NCBI GenBank assembly: GCA_049514555.1
Contig: JBEKUY010000001.1
Location: 58,923-82,922 of the forward strand
Origin: Candidatus Acidiferrales bacterium
GTDB taxonomy: Bacteria > Acidobacteriota > Terriglobia > Acidiferrales > UBA7541
Direction: 5' to 3'
Length of the DNA stretch: 24,000 bases
The notes beneath the pieces are model-generated. The model worked only from the letters and a program-made list of their open reading frames with translations. It was not told the origin of the DNA and did no database searches. Below are positions 15,074 to 22,304 of the stretch, piece by piece. The translations under genes were made by a program, and so were the position numbers. Numbering within the stretch: the first letter of the stretch is position 1; every line of letters starts with the position of its first letter.

Positions 15074-15358
15074 TCAGCGGATGCCCCCGGTGCTCCAGAG
15101 GATTCCGATAAGCTCACGCGGAGTCGTCCGGTTCCAGCCCTTGTCCGTGGAGGCTCGTTTCATCTCCGTGGGCAGCAGTGCCCAGGCGGTCTCGTCCCGG
15201 TACTCCAAAATCCAGTCTTGTCTGTCGTCGATCACGAACCAGCCGAGGTCTTCGTCCCGGACGGCGATCTCCAGGCCGCCGTCCGGCGCTCTTTGGACAC
15301 GGATGTTCGGCACGTAGACGCCGTTGAGCCGAATGCGAAACTCGGGTCTCGACAACAT
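15074..15358 (-). CDS. hypothetical protein (94 aa)
   Basis: ATG 15358 (MLSRPEFRIRLNG...) is preferred over the track's GTG 15382. It is co-directional and closely spaced between the small repeat protein and the DUF2779 gene. No family recognised. Confidence 0.5.
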   Translation of the reverse strand: MLSRPEFRIRLNGVYVPNIRVQRAPDGGLEIAVRDEDLGWFVIDDRQDWILEYRDETAWALLPTEMKRASTDKGWNRTTPRELIGILWSTGGIR

Positions 15359-15378
15359 TGAAGTTCGGGCGTCCGCAC

Positions 15379-15594
15379 TCACTTCTTGCGGTTGAACAAT
15401 AGGCCGGGGTCGGCGGTATTCAGTGAGACCAGCTTGCCCCGCCCATCGCGAGTCGTGCCGAACTGTTGACTCGTCCTGCCGATCACGTTGTCGTGTTCGT
15501 CCCTGACCAGCGTTTCGAACGACCCCTCGAAGCCAGTGGTGAGCGATCCGATGACCCTGTTCTTGCCGTCTCGCACGTAGGTTTTCTTGAGCAT
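15379..15594 (-). CDS. small protein (71 aa) with three internal beta-hairpin-like repeats
   Basis: From ATG 15594: MLKKTYVRDGKNRVIGSL...LVRDEHDNVIGRT...TTRDGRGKLVSLN. This is three copies of RD-x3-4-[VL][IV][GS] spaced about 20 aa apart. The track start 15651 adds a poor N-terminus. Confidence 0.5.
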   Translation of the reverse strand: MLKKTYVRDGKNRVIGSLTTGFEGSFETLVRDEHDNVIGRTSQQFGTTRDGRGKLVSLNTADPGLLFNRKK

Positions 15595-15674
15595 TCGTTG
15601 TCCTCCGCCTGAATTATACGTACTGTGCGCTGGAATCGTCTGTTTCCGCATAAGTAGTTCAATCTGAACGGCTT

Positions 15675-16256
15675 ATGTCCAGACATTTCCGGAGGTTGCT
15701 CTGTATAATTCACCAGGAGAACAGAGTGGAGCAGTTGCCAACAGAAGAGCTTTCCGCGAGGGAACTGTTTGAGTACCAGCGCAGACTGGCTGGGTCGCCT
15801 TATCTGATTGACCGACTCGGAACGCTCTGGGTCGGGGCGCAACTGGCGGAGCGTTTGGATTTGTGCCCCGATCACGAAATCGGCGACCTGCTGTCCTTGG
15901 TGCAGGACGGGCTGTGGCTTTTCAGCCCCGACTATGCCGTGTGCGAGCACGCTCGCCGCAGGTTTCTCAGGTCTAGGGCAGGTATTCCCAAGGGGAACTG
16001 GCGGTTGATACGGGATGCAGGAATCGAACTGCTGAATGCCGAATCTGCCCTGTTCTGGTCGAGCATTCCGCACATGCTGCTGCCCTTTCAGAGGGACAGA
16101 TTCTCCAGCAACGTGTTCTTGGTGCCGCAAGTGATCGAAGCAAGGGCATGCCTGCTGCGTTCCGGATTTCGGAGTTCTCCGAGCGCTGGGACGGTCTTAG
16201 TGGACGGTCGAACGGATCGGCCAATCCGCCTCATTGAGGCAAGAGAGGAGAAATGA
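15675..16256 (+). CDS. hypothetical protein (193 aa, or 176 aa from GTG 15726), translationally coupled to the serine recombinase
   Basis: Its TGA (16254-16256) overlaps the recombinase ATG (16253) in an ATGA arrangement. The alternative start GTG 15726 has AGGAGA at 15715-15720, and TATAAT sits at 15704-15709. No family recognised. Confidence 0.55.
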   Translation: MSRHFRRLLCIIHQENRVEQLPTEELSARELFEYQRRLAGSPYLIDRLGTLWVGAQLAERLDLCPDHEIGDLLSLVQDGLWLFSPDYAVCEHARRRFLRSRAGIPKGNWRLIRDAGIELLNAESALFWSSIPHMLLPFQRDRFSSNVFLVPQVIEARACLLRSGFRSSPSAGTVLVDGRTDRPIRLIEAREEK

Positions 16257-16858
16257 TGAAGAAGGTTGCGATCTACGCCAGGGTCTCGACGCCCGACCAG
16301 CATCTTGAAAATCAGATTCTCGACCTCAGGAAGCTCGCGGAGCAGAAGGGCATGGAGGTCGTCCGCGAATTCTGCGACAGGGGAATCTCCGGCAGCAAGG
16401 CGAAGCGCCCCGGTCTCGACGCCATGATGGCTGACGCCCGCCGTGGCGAGTTCTCAGTCGTGCTGGTCGCAGCGTTCGACCGGATTGCCCGCTCGACGAA
16501 GGATTTCTTGGGAATTGTCGATGAACTCCACGAACTCGATATTGAATTCATTAGTGCGAGGGAGGCCATCGACACCAGCGGTCCGATGGGGCGCATGTTC
16601 ATCACGATGGTCGGCTCGATTGCGGAGCTAGAGCGGGCATTGATCGTCGAGAGAATTCGGGCAGGGATGCGCCGCGCTAAGCTTGAAGGCCAACGACTTG
16701 GGCGTGCGCCGCTCGATGTTGATCGGGAGGCGATTGTCCGAGACCGCCTGTCGGGCATGAGCCTGACCCAAACAGCAAAGCGCCACCGGGTTTCCCGCGC
16801 TACCGTGGTACGGCTGGTAAAAGCGGCAAGCCGGCGTGAGATGACCATCGCCGCGTAG
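16253..16858 (+). CDS. serine recombinase, resolvase/invertase family, with C-terminal HTH
   Basis: KVAIYARVSTPDQHLENQ (catalytic Ser context), GISGSKAKRPGL, VLVAAFDRIARS, FITMVGSIAELERALIVERIRAGM and the C-terminal SLTQTAKRHRVSRATVVRL HTH. GAGGAG SD lies upstream of ATG 16253. Confidence 0.95.
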   Translation: MMKKVAIYARVSTPDQHLENQILDLRKLAEQKGMEVVREFCDRGISGSKAKRPGLDAMMADARRGEFSVVLVAAFDRIARSTKDFLGIVDELHELDIEFISAREAIDTSGPMGRMFITMVGSIAELERALIVERIRAGMRRAKLEGQRLGRAPLDVDREAIVRDRLSGMSLTQTAKRHRVSRATVVRLVKAASRREMTIAA

Positions 16859-16922
16859 GCGAACAGGGACTCGAAGAACGACTACGCAATTCTTCTGAAA
16901 GGCATGGTTGCTAGGAGAAAAG

Positions 16923-17336
16923 ATGCATCGTCACTACTGTCCCGTTGAGGGCCACGATTGGCAATGCGGAGGCCAAGAGTGCGAATGTGTTTGCGGCTTC
17001 CTAATGGAAGGGCATGACCACACCGAATGCCCCGTCGAGCTTAGGGCTTGCCCAGACCATGCAGTCGAGGAGCAGAAAGCTATTGATGAAGCGATGTCAC
17101 ATGAGCCCGACCCTGAATCGATCCAGAAATGGCATGAGCGGCTGTCTGCACGCCCTCATTGCGAATGCGGGTGCGCCGAGACCCAAACCATGAAGATCAC
17201 GGGATTCTGCCTGTGGTGCGATCACACCTATGCGGAGTTCACTCCAAAAATCCAAGACCTGCACCTCGCAAAGCAATGCCCCGGCGCTTCCGAGCAACTG
17301 AGGCAGTCTGCGCGGGCGAGGTTCGTGAAGCACTAA
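16923..17336 (+). CDS. Cys/His-rich small protein (137 aa), probable metal-binding
   Basis: ATG 16923 with AGGAG at 16913-16917. MHRHYCPVEGHDWQCGGQECECVCGFLMEGHDHTECP...HCECGCAE...FCLWCDH carries many Cys/His clusters. No family recognised. Confidence 0.55.
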   Translation: MHRHYCPVEGHDWQCGGQECECVCGFLMEGHDHTECPVELRACPDHAVEEQKAIDEAMSHEPDPESIQKWHERLSARPHCECGCAETQTMKITGFCLWCDHTYAEFTPKIQDLHLAKQCPGASEQLRQSARARFVKH

Positions 17337-17348
17337 GCGAGCAAGCAA

Positions 17349-17786
17349 GTGACCAGCATGCAGAGCGGAGGCAAAACTCAAGACATGGACGTGGCAACAG
17401 AACGAAAGCAGTGGGACATCTGCGGTCGTTGCGGAAAGCAGTGCGTGCTGGACTCTGTCGCCATCGCCAAGTACGGCCTAGGGCACGTCGAGAAGCGCCT
17501 CCGATTCAAACGTTGCCCCGACGACATTGCCGGGAATCATCCCGAGATGCCCGTTCTGAGGATGCCATTTGTCGATGGCGCGTACTACCGTGGGGTCTGC
17601 CGGAATGCGCGGATCGCCCGCTACGTGGCTGCGGCGAACCGATTCGTCTACATGCGGGAAAAGCTTGGCACCGTCTATCCAGAGTCTATCGGGCACGCAG
17701 AGAACGACGACGGCTTTGACTTGTTCCGACCCTACGGGATTATCGAGAATCCCCCATTCGAGATTCCCCGGCGGACGGACAGATGA
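17349..17786 (+). CDS. hypothetical protein (145 aa; start uncertain: GTG 17349, ATG 17358 or ATG 17385)
   Basis: Co-directional with the recombinase block. It contains CGRCGKQC. No family recognised. Confidence 0.5.
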   Translation: MTSMQSGGKTQDMDVATERKQWDICGRCGKQCVLDSVAIAKYGLGHVEKRLRFKRCPDDIAGNHPEMPVLRMPFVDGAYYRGVCRNARIARYVAAANRFVYMREKLGTVYPESIGHAENDDGFDLFRPYGIIENPPFEIPRRTDR

Positions 17787-17796
17787 GGGTATCCCA

Positions 17797-17994
17797 TTGC
17801 CGTCCGGGTATGCCCCGCGCGGGCATTTTCTGCTTGCCGACGGTTGCATACTGCGGCGGAAGACCGCCGTCCGGGCGATCCTGCGGCAGATGCACCTTCG
17901 CCCGAAGAGCGCCGAAATCGGAACGGATTCCCATTACCGCTGCTTCGAGTGCTTTGCGCGGGAAGCTGAAAGCGCCGGAGTCCAAAAGTCGTAG
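17797..17994 (+). CDS. possible small ORF (65 aa) with a CxxC motif
   Basis: TTG 17797 is preceded by GAGGG at 17784-17788 (8-nt spacing). Third-codon positions are G/C-rich. The protein ends ...SHYRCFECFAREAESAGVQKS. It is only a sub-part of track ORF 17569..17994. Confidence 0.3.
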   Translation: MPSGYAPRGHFLLADGCILRRKTAVRAILRQMHLRPKSAEIGTDSHYRCFECFAREAESAGVQKS

Positions 17995-18012
17995 CCAACG
18001 AAAGGAGGGCAT

Positions 18013-18246
18013 TTGAGGAAGATCGTGCACGGAAAGCAGTACCCCGGTCTTCGCGGCAAGGTCGTGGACTGGGTTTGGCACAGATTTGACGAGGGCAGTC
18101 TCTACATCCACATCCGGTTTCAGGACCAGACCGAACTGACGTACACCTTTGGTTCCCGACTCGTCATGGAGGAAGCTGTCCTCGGCGACATCTCGACAGG
18201 GAACTACAAGACCTTGAGAAAGTTCGCCTCGGACAGGCAAAGGTGA
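18013..18246 (+). CDS. hypothetical small protein (77 aa)
   Basis: TTG 18013 is preceded by AAAGGAGGG (18001-18009). Third-codon positions show strong G/C bias in this frame, which favours it over the antisense 166-aa ORF 17740..18240. Confidence 0.5.
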   Translation: MRKIVHGKQYPGLRGKVVDWVWHRFDEGSLYIHIRFQDQTELTYTFGSRLVMEEAVLGDISTGNYKTLRKFASDRQR

Positions 18247-18293
18247 CCGAGCAGCTTGCTTCGAGAATCGGCGGGCAAGAAGGGGGATGCGAC

Positions 18294-18530
18294 TTACTTC
18301 CCGTAGATTCCCTTGTCCAGCCCTTGAATGAGCCGGTCGGCGCGCACCTTGAACACGCCGCAGATTCTGAGCAGCGTGGTCATGGTGATCGGGCGACCAG
18401 CCTCGATCTGCTGCCAGTGCCGAGCCGAAAAGCCGAGGGAAATCATATCTTCCTGCGTATAGCCACTATCTTCCCTAAGCTTCTTCACTCGCTGGCCGAG
18501 GGCGCGAAAGAACTTGGCGTGGTTGACCAC
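18294..18530 (-). CDS. XRE-family (Cro/CI-type) HTH transcriptional regulator
   Basis: FFRALGQRVKKLREDSGYTQEDMISLGFSARHWQQIEAGRPITMTTLLRICGVF is a canonical HTH_3/XRE domain. GTG start at 18530. Confidence 0.85.
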   Translation of the reverse strand: MVNHAKFFRALGQRVKKLREDSGYTQEDMISLGFSARHWQQIEAGRPITMTTLLRICGVFKVRADRLIQGLDKGIYGK

Positions 18531-18549
18531 GCCCCCTTATCTACCGGCA

Positions 18550-18574
18550 CACGAGCAGAAAGACCACGAGCAGA
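18550..18574. promoter_or_regulatory. tandem 10-bp direct repeat just upstream of the XRE gene, candidate operator
   Basis: CACGAGCAGA occurs at 18550-18559 and again at 18565-18574 (15-bp register), 20-45 nt upstream of the XRE start on the minus strand. The site is in the region divergent with the lipoprotein gene. Confidence 0.3.
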
Positions 18575-18704
18575 TTAGCTGTACGATTCGACACATCCAA
18601 ACCGTTGGGCTGTTGTGGACTATCTGGACGGGCACCACACTGTCTGAGTAGAACGTCGGCCCTCCACGGTGCTTTCGATAACCCCGCAGGTGACGGAGAT
18701 AATC

Positions 18705-19631
18705 ATGAACCTGAGAGCGATTCGTGTGGTGCCCATCGCAGCGCTGCTTGCGCTCGCGGGATGCAAGAACCAAAACAGCGGGCGGCCACAACCCAGCCAA
18801 ACCGCCAAATCCGAGCCACAAACGCTGTCTCTCCAACAAGACGACGACCCAATTCTTCACGGTCTGAGGCTAGGTGTTGCGCTTGATTCTCAGTTGCCAA
18901 CGTGCACGACCCAAATGGAAGGCGGCGATGAGGTGGTTGTGGGGCCCGGACTCTGCTATGTGGAAGACACATTTGTAGAGGGGGATGACAAAGGCACTTG
19001 GGCAAGGATGCCAATCATGCGTGTTGGCCAAAGCGTTGCGGCACAGAAGGACTTGCCTGACCTTAGCGTTACCTTGGTGCCCGCCAAGATGAAGGAGCGC
19101 GGCACCGTCGAACAGGTATTCTCCGCCTACGGCCCCGAACGCCTCGGCGAAATCCGCAGCAAGCTGACCGCGCAGTACGGTTCCCCTATCGACCCCAAGG
19201 GGTGGCCACATTGGACGACGCCGTGGGGGCGCATAGATTTGGAAGACTGGTCTAAAGACCCCGTACATCCCTCTGTGCAGTTTACGGCAGAAACGTCTCA
19301 CTTCCGTGCCATGGAGAAGAATGAAGATAAACAAACAACTCCAGACTGGGTTGGAATGGAACCAAAGATAGTCATCAAGCGCTGCGGTGTCCCCCTTGAT
19401 GACCATAGACGGGAATTTCAAGACCAAGGCCAGACCTACTACATCCGCGTGATGGTGTACGAGGGCCCACTTGGTCTGGTTGGTGTCAACTTCTCTTCTC
19501 CGGTTGCACCGGGCCGAGTGACATTGGCGGGAGTGAAGGAAGCGAACGGTCCACTGCAATCTGTCTACAAGCAGGAGGGCCGCGACAACATAAAGACGAT
19601 TCTTCCGTGCTTGAGCAATGGAACATGGTGA
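18705..19631 (+). CDS. lipoprotein (308 aa from ATG 18705)
   Basis: MNLRAIRVVPIAALLALAGC is a signal peptide with lipobox LAGC. GGAG lies upstream of ATG 18705. The track start 18669 is over-extended. Confidence 0.8.
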   Translation: MNLRAIRVVPIAALLALAGCKNQNSGRPQPSQTAKSEPQTLSLQQDDDPILHGLRLGVALDSQLPTCTTQMEGGDEVVVGPGLCYVEDTFVEGDDKGTWARMPIMRVGQSVAAQKDLPDLSVTLVPAKMKERGTVEQVFSAYGPERLGEIRSKLTAQYGSPIDPKGWPHWTTPWGRIDLEDWSKDPVHPSVQFTAETSHFRAMEKNEDKQTTPDWVGMEPKIVIKRCGVPLDDHRREFQDQGQTYYIRVMVYEGPLGLVGVNFSSPVAPGRVTLAGVKEANGPLQSVYKQEGRDNIKTILPCLSNGTW

Positions 19632-20154
19632 CCCCAAAGCTCTAGCTGGGATGCAACCGAAGTGGAGGTATGGATCGCCGCAAGAGGGCTCGGCCCTTCC
19701 AACTTCGGCCAACGCTCCTGCAAGCCTGACGGTGGCCACGCTCGCAAACATGACGTATCGATTTGGCGAAGGAAAGTCAGCGACCACTGTTAAGCTCGTA
19801 GACTCGAAGGGACGGGATGAAGGAGAACAGTTTTTGTTAGACAGGGACCATGTCGCTTTTGGGGATTTGGACGGGGATGGCGTCGATGATGCCGTGGTTG
19901 TCCTTGTGTCTTCGGGCGGCGGAAGCGGCGTCTTCTACAGTCTGGTCGCGGTCATGCAGCGCAACGGCAGATTGGAGACCCCGGCTGTCAGGAGCTTGGG
20001 GGACAGAATCAAGATCAACGAAATAAACATTAGGAATGATATCGTCACGGTGGACATGATCACGCAGGGACCAAATGACCCGCTGTGCTGCCCGACGGAG
20101 CGGCAGGTGCTCAAGTTGGCAGTGCGAGGGAACAAATTTGTGCCCGTGGAGTGA
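19618..20154 (+). CDS. hypothetical protein with an FG-GAP/VCBS-like GDLDGDGVDD motif (178 aa), no signal peptide
   Basis: AFGDLDGDGVDDAVVVLVSSGGGSGVFYSLVAV...DPLCCPTE. It overlaps the lipoprotein stop by 14 nt in another frame. Confidence 0.6.
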   Translation: MEHGDPKALAGMQPKWRYGSPQEGSALPTSANAPASLTVATLANMTYRFGEGKSATTVKLVDSKGRDEGEQFLLDRDHVAFGDLDGDGVDDAVVVLVSSGGGSGVFYSLVAVMQRNGRLETPAVRSLGDRIKINEINIRNDIVTVDMITQGPNDPLCCPTERQVLKLAVRGNKFVPVE

Positions 20155-20402
20155 GACGCCCTACGGAATGCCGCTCTTCACGCTCACCCGGGCTCCTGTA
20201 AGAATGAAAACACGATCATCCGGCGCAATGGCGAGCGTCATGAGAATTCTACGCTGAGAATCAATGCGGCCGGTCCTGTCGCGGGCTGCTTGACTGGCGC
20301 ACCTTTTGGGCGTTGAAAGCCACCCTGCTCGCTAGCAAGGGCAATTCGACTACGTGCACCTGATGACCTTCGAAGCATATGGGCGGGCTAGGGGAAGGAC
20401 GA

Positions 20403-20420
20403 AGCCCTGTTGCAAGGGCT
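20403..20420. terminator. GC-rich hairpin between convergent genes
   Basis: AGCCCT (20403-20408), a 6-nt loop, then AGGGCT (20415-20420). It lies 16 nt beyond the methyltransferase stop on the minus strand. There is no clear U-tract on either strand. Confidence 0.25.
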
Positions 20421-20435
20421 GTGTTCGAGCTTGTT

Positions 20436-21014
20436 CTAGGTAGGTTTGCGCCACACGGCCTCATATTTGTTGAATGAGCGTGCGAGGTACACAGTGGCCA
20501 AATGACTCTCCTGCGCGAATCGGTCTAGGTCTTCAGCGGTGAGATAGCCCAGGCTCCTGGAAATCTTCTTGCCGAGGAACGCCACCCATTTGGGAAGAGC
20601 GAAATCCTTATAGATAAGACAGCCGTTCGGCTTCAAAACCCTCAGCATTTGGCGGAGCGCATCCTGCCAATCGGGGATGTGGTGCGTCACCATATGGGTG
20701 GCGACGAAATCGAATTCGTTGTCGTCAAACGGCAACTTGGTTCCGTTGGCAGTGAGAAATCGGACGTGTGTCGTCTGATCGCTCTTCGCCCGTGCCGCCT
20801 CAATTTGCCCAGGATCGACATCTATTCCCGTCACCTGGAGACCCAGCTTTGACGCCAGAAAGTTTGCCGCTGCTCCGTTCCCGCACCCAAAATCCAAATA
20901 GCTCTGTCCGGGTGCAAACCCTGCCAGTCTCAGCATCTTTTCGGCGTACTCGGCAACTCGCCGACTACGCCTCGGGCTGTTGACGAAGAACTTCTCGAAC
21001 TTGGTCATCTTCAT
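20436..21014 (-). CDS. class I SAM-dependent methyltransferase (192 aa)
   Basis: Motif I YLDFGCGNGAAANFLA, then VTGIDVDPGQIE, FDFVATHMVTHHI and LKPNGCLIY. ATG 21014 has AGGAGGAGG 8 nt upstream. The track start TTG 21047 is over-extended. Confidence 0.85.
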   Translation of the reverse strand: MKMTKFEKFFVNSPRRSRRVAEYAEKMLRLAGFAPGQSYLDFGCGNGAAANFLASKLGLQVTGIDVDPGQIEAARAKSDQTTHVRFLTANGTKLPFDDNEFDFVATHMVTHHIPDWQDALRQMLRVLKPNGCLIYKDFALPKWVAFLGKKISRSLGYLTAEDLDRFAQESHLATVYLARSFNKYEAVWRKPT

Positions 21015-21124
21015 GCGCTTGGCCTCCTCCTGAGAACGCCCGCCCAAAGACCATTGCTAACGATACCCACGGAATCACCCTAGCACATGTGGTAGCGACG
21101 ACTGGCGAGTCCGGGCCGCAAGCT

Positions 21125-21298
21125 CTATGGTTTGTACTCCGTCCGCAATTCCAGCAGGATGGGCCTGAGCATGACGTAGTGCAGACTGTCCGCCATCATG
21201 GCAGCCTCGACAATCAGCTTGACAAAGCGGCTGCCGTTGGCCTCGGCCCACCGCAGCCAATCCTTCAGTTCCTCGTCAGCGTGGGGACTACCAATCAT
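21125..21298 (-). CDS. small hypothetical protein (57 aa)
   Basis: ATG 21298 is preceded by GGAGG at 6-nt spacing. MIGSPHADEELKDWLRWAEANGSRFVKLIVEAAMMADSLHYVMLRPILLELRTEYKP. The upstream part of track ORF 21125..21490 looks non-coding. Confidence 0.45.
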   Translation of the reverse strand: MIGSPHADEELKDWLRWAEANGSRFVKLIVEAAMMADSLHYVMLRPILLELRTEYKP

Positions 21299-21594
21299 TC
21301 CTGACCTCCGTTCTCCACCTCGTTGCCTGAATAGTCTAAGCGGGCAGGCGGCGAGGCGGCAACCGCGAGGTGTGCCCCAATATGGCTGGGAGGACGCGAA
21401 CGCTAAGTCGCTGAAAACTCGTGCCGGTCCACAAGGGTTGTTGCGGCCGTGGTCGTATGTTCTTGAGTTTGCTGGTTCGATTTTCGGCACCAGGGACGGT
21501 CACGAGACTAAAGATTATGGACCATCGTGGGTTAGCTAGAGCGCCCGAGTGGACCTCTCTTGCGGCACGACAGACGAAGCGGGAGGCCAAGCCC

Positions 21595-21978
21595 CTATCT
21601 GTGTCGCCAGTAAAACGTGCCCCAAAACTGCCGTGGGCATGCATCCGTCCCAGCTTCCGGATTCTTAGACATGTACCAACGCTCGCCGCGTTCACGGACA
21701 CGGTTGACGATTACCCGTCGCACCAAGGAGCCCAGCGTCTTCCCGGCCTGCTCAGCATCTCCTATGGTTTCGTAAAGCGGTTGGAACGGTGTTCCCTGCC
21801 AGTTGCTACCCGGCATCCAACTTGAGGCGAAAAAGTCGCTTGGGTCTTCGGTGATCGCATCAGCCCACGCGTTGATGGCATCTACCATCTGGCTAACATG
21901 TTGATGGGGGATTCTTGCAAGGACTGCATTCAGGTCCTGCTCGAATGGAATGCTGGAGTTTGCCTTGATTTCCTGCAT
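21595..21978 (-). CDS. hypothetical protein (127 aa)
   Basis: ATG 21978 with AAGGAA upstream. Soluble, Trp-rich sequence. Co-directional with the MBL/TM cluster. No family recognised. Confidence 0.55.
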   Translation of the reverse strand: MQEIKANSSIPFEQDLNAVLARIPHQHVSQMVDAINAWADAITEDPSDFFASSWMPGSNWQGTPFQPLYETIGDAEQAGKTLGSLVRRVIVNRVRERGERWYMSKNPEAGTDACPRQFWGTFYWRHR

Positions 21979-22031
21979 CGATGAGTTTCCTTCCCAGAGC
22001 GACTGGTCATGAACGGATTCGCCTCCGGAGT

Positions 22032-22280
22032 CTAGCGGGACTGTTCAGGCGACCTGATGTCACCTGCCAGTTTGACGCGCGACATGCCCACGCTAACGTT
22101 CGATCCCGACGCCACCGCAGTGCTGATGACAGAAATCGTGCCGCCAGTTGGAATCTCGTAATGGATGTGCCACGGTTCCGCAAGCGCCTCGCATGCGCCA
22201 TCGTGCGCGGAACAAGTGGGAGCGAAGCTTTGAGCCAGGAGCGTTCCGCTGATGATCACAACACCGGCTTTTACGACCAT
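22032..22280 (-). CDS. small predicted secreted protein (82 aa)
   Basis: ATG 22280 is preceded by GGAGG (22285-22289). The N-terminus MVVKAGVVIISGTLLAQSFAPTCSA looks like a signal peptide. Confidence 0.55.
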   Translation of the reverse strand: MVVKAGVVIISGTLLAQSFAPTCSAHDGACEALAEPWHIHYEIPTGGTISVISTAVASGSNVSVGMSRVKLAGDIRSPEQSR

Positions 22281-22304
22281 GACACCTCCTCAATCGAGAG
22301 AGGT

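Noticed and set aside
15483-16130. 215-aa minus-strand ORF
   Set aside because: It is antisense to the 15675..16256 gene that is ATGA-coupled to the recombinase. Its sequence is Arg/Pro/Gln-rich and low-complexity, as expected for the wrong frame in GC-rich DNA.
16312-16848. 178-aa minus-strand ORF
   Set aside because: It lies entirely antisense to the unambiguous serine recombinase gene. Its Ser/Arg-rich composition is typical of a shadow ORF.
17740-18240. 166-aa minus-strand ORF spanning two + strand small ORFs
   Set aside because: The + strand frames have SD sequences (GAGGG before TTG 17797, AAAGGAGGG before TTG 18013) and G/C-rich third positions, and they continue the + strand operon. 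I consider the minus ORF a shadow, though with only moderate certainty.
18870-19787. 305-aa minus-strand ORF
   Set aside because: It is antisense to the lipoprotein gene, which has a canonical signal peptide and lipobox. Its sequence has no motifs and is Arg/Ala/Leu-biased.
20261-20464. 67-aa minus-strand ORF and the 60-aa + ORF at 20075..20257 in the convergent gap
   Set aside because: No SD is present and the composition is low-complexity and Arg/Pro-rich. One of them overlaps the methyltransferase 3' end. They are probably spurious.
21336-21825. ORFs of 113-134 aa on both strands in the 21299-21594 gap
   Set aside because: They overlap each other in several frames, lack SD sequences and overlap the real gene 21595..21978. 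Their composition is typical of random GC-rich frames.
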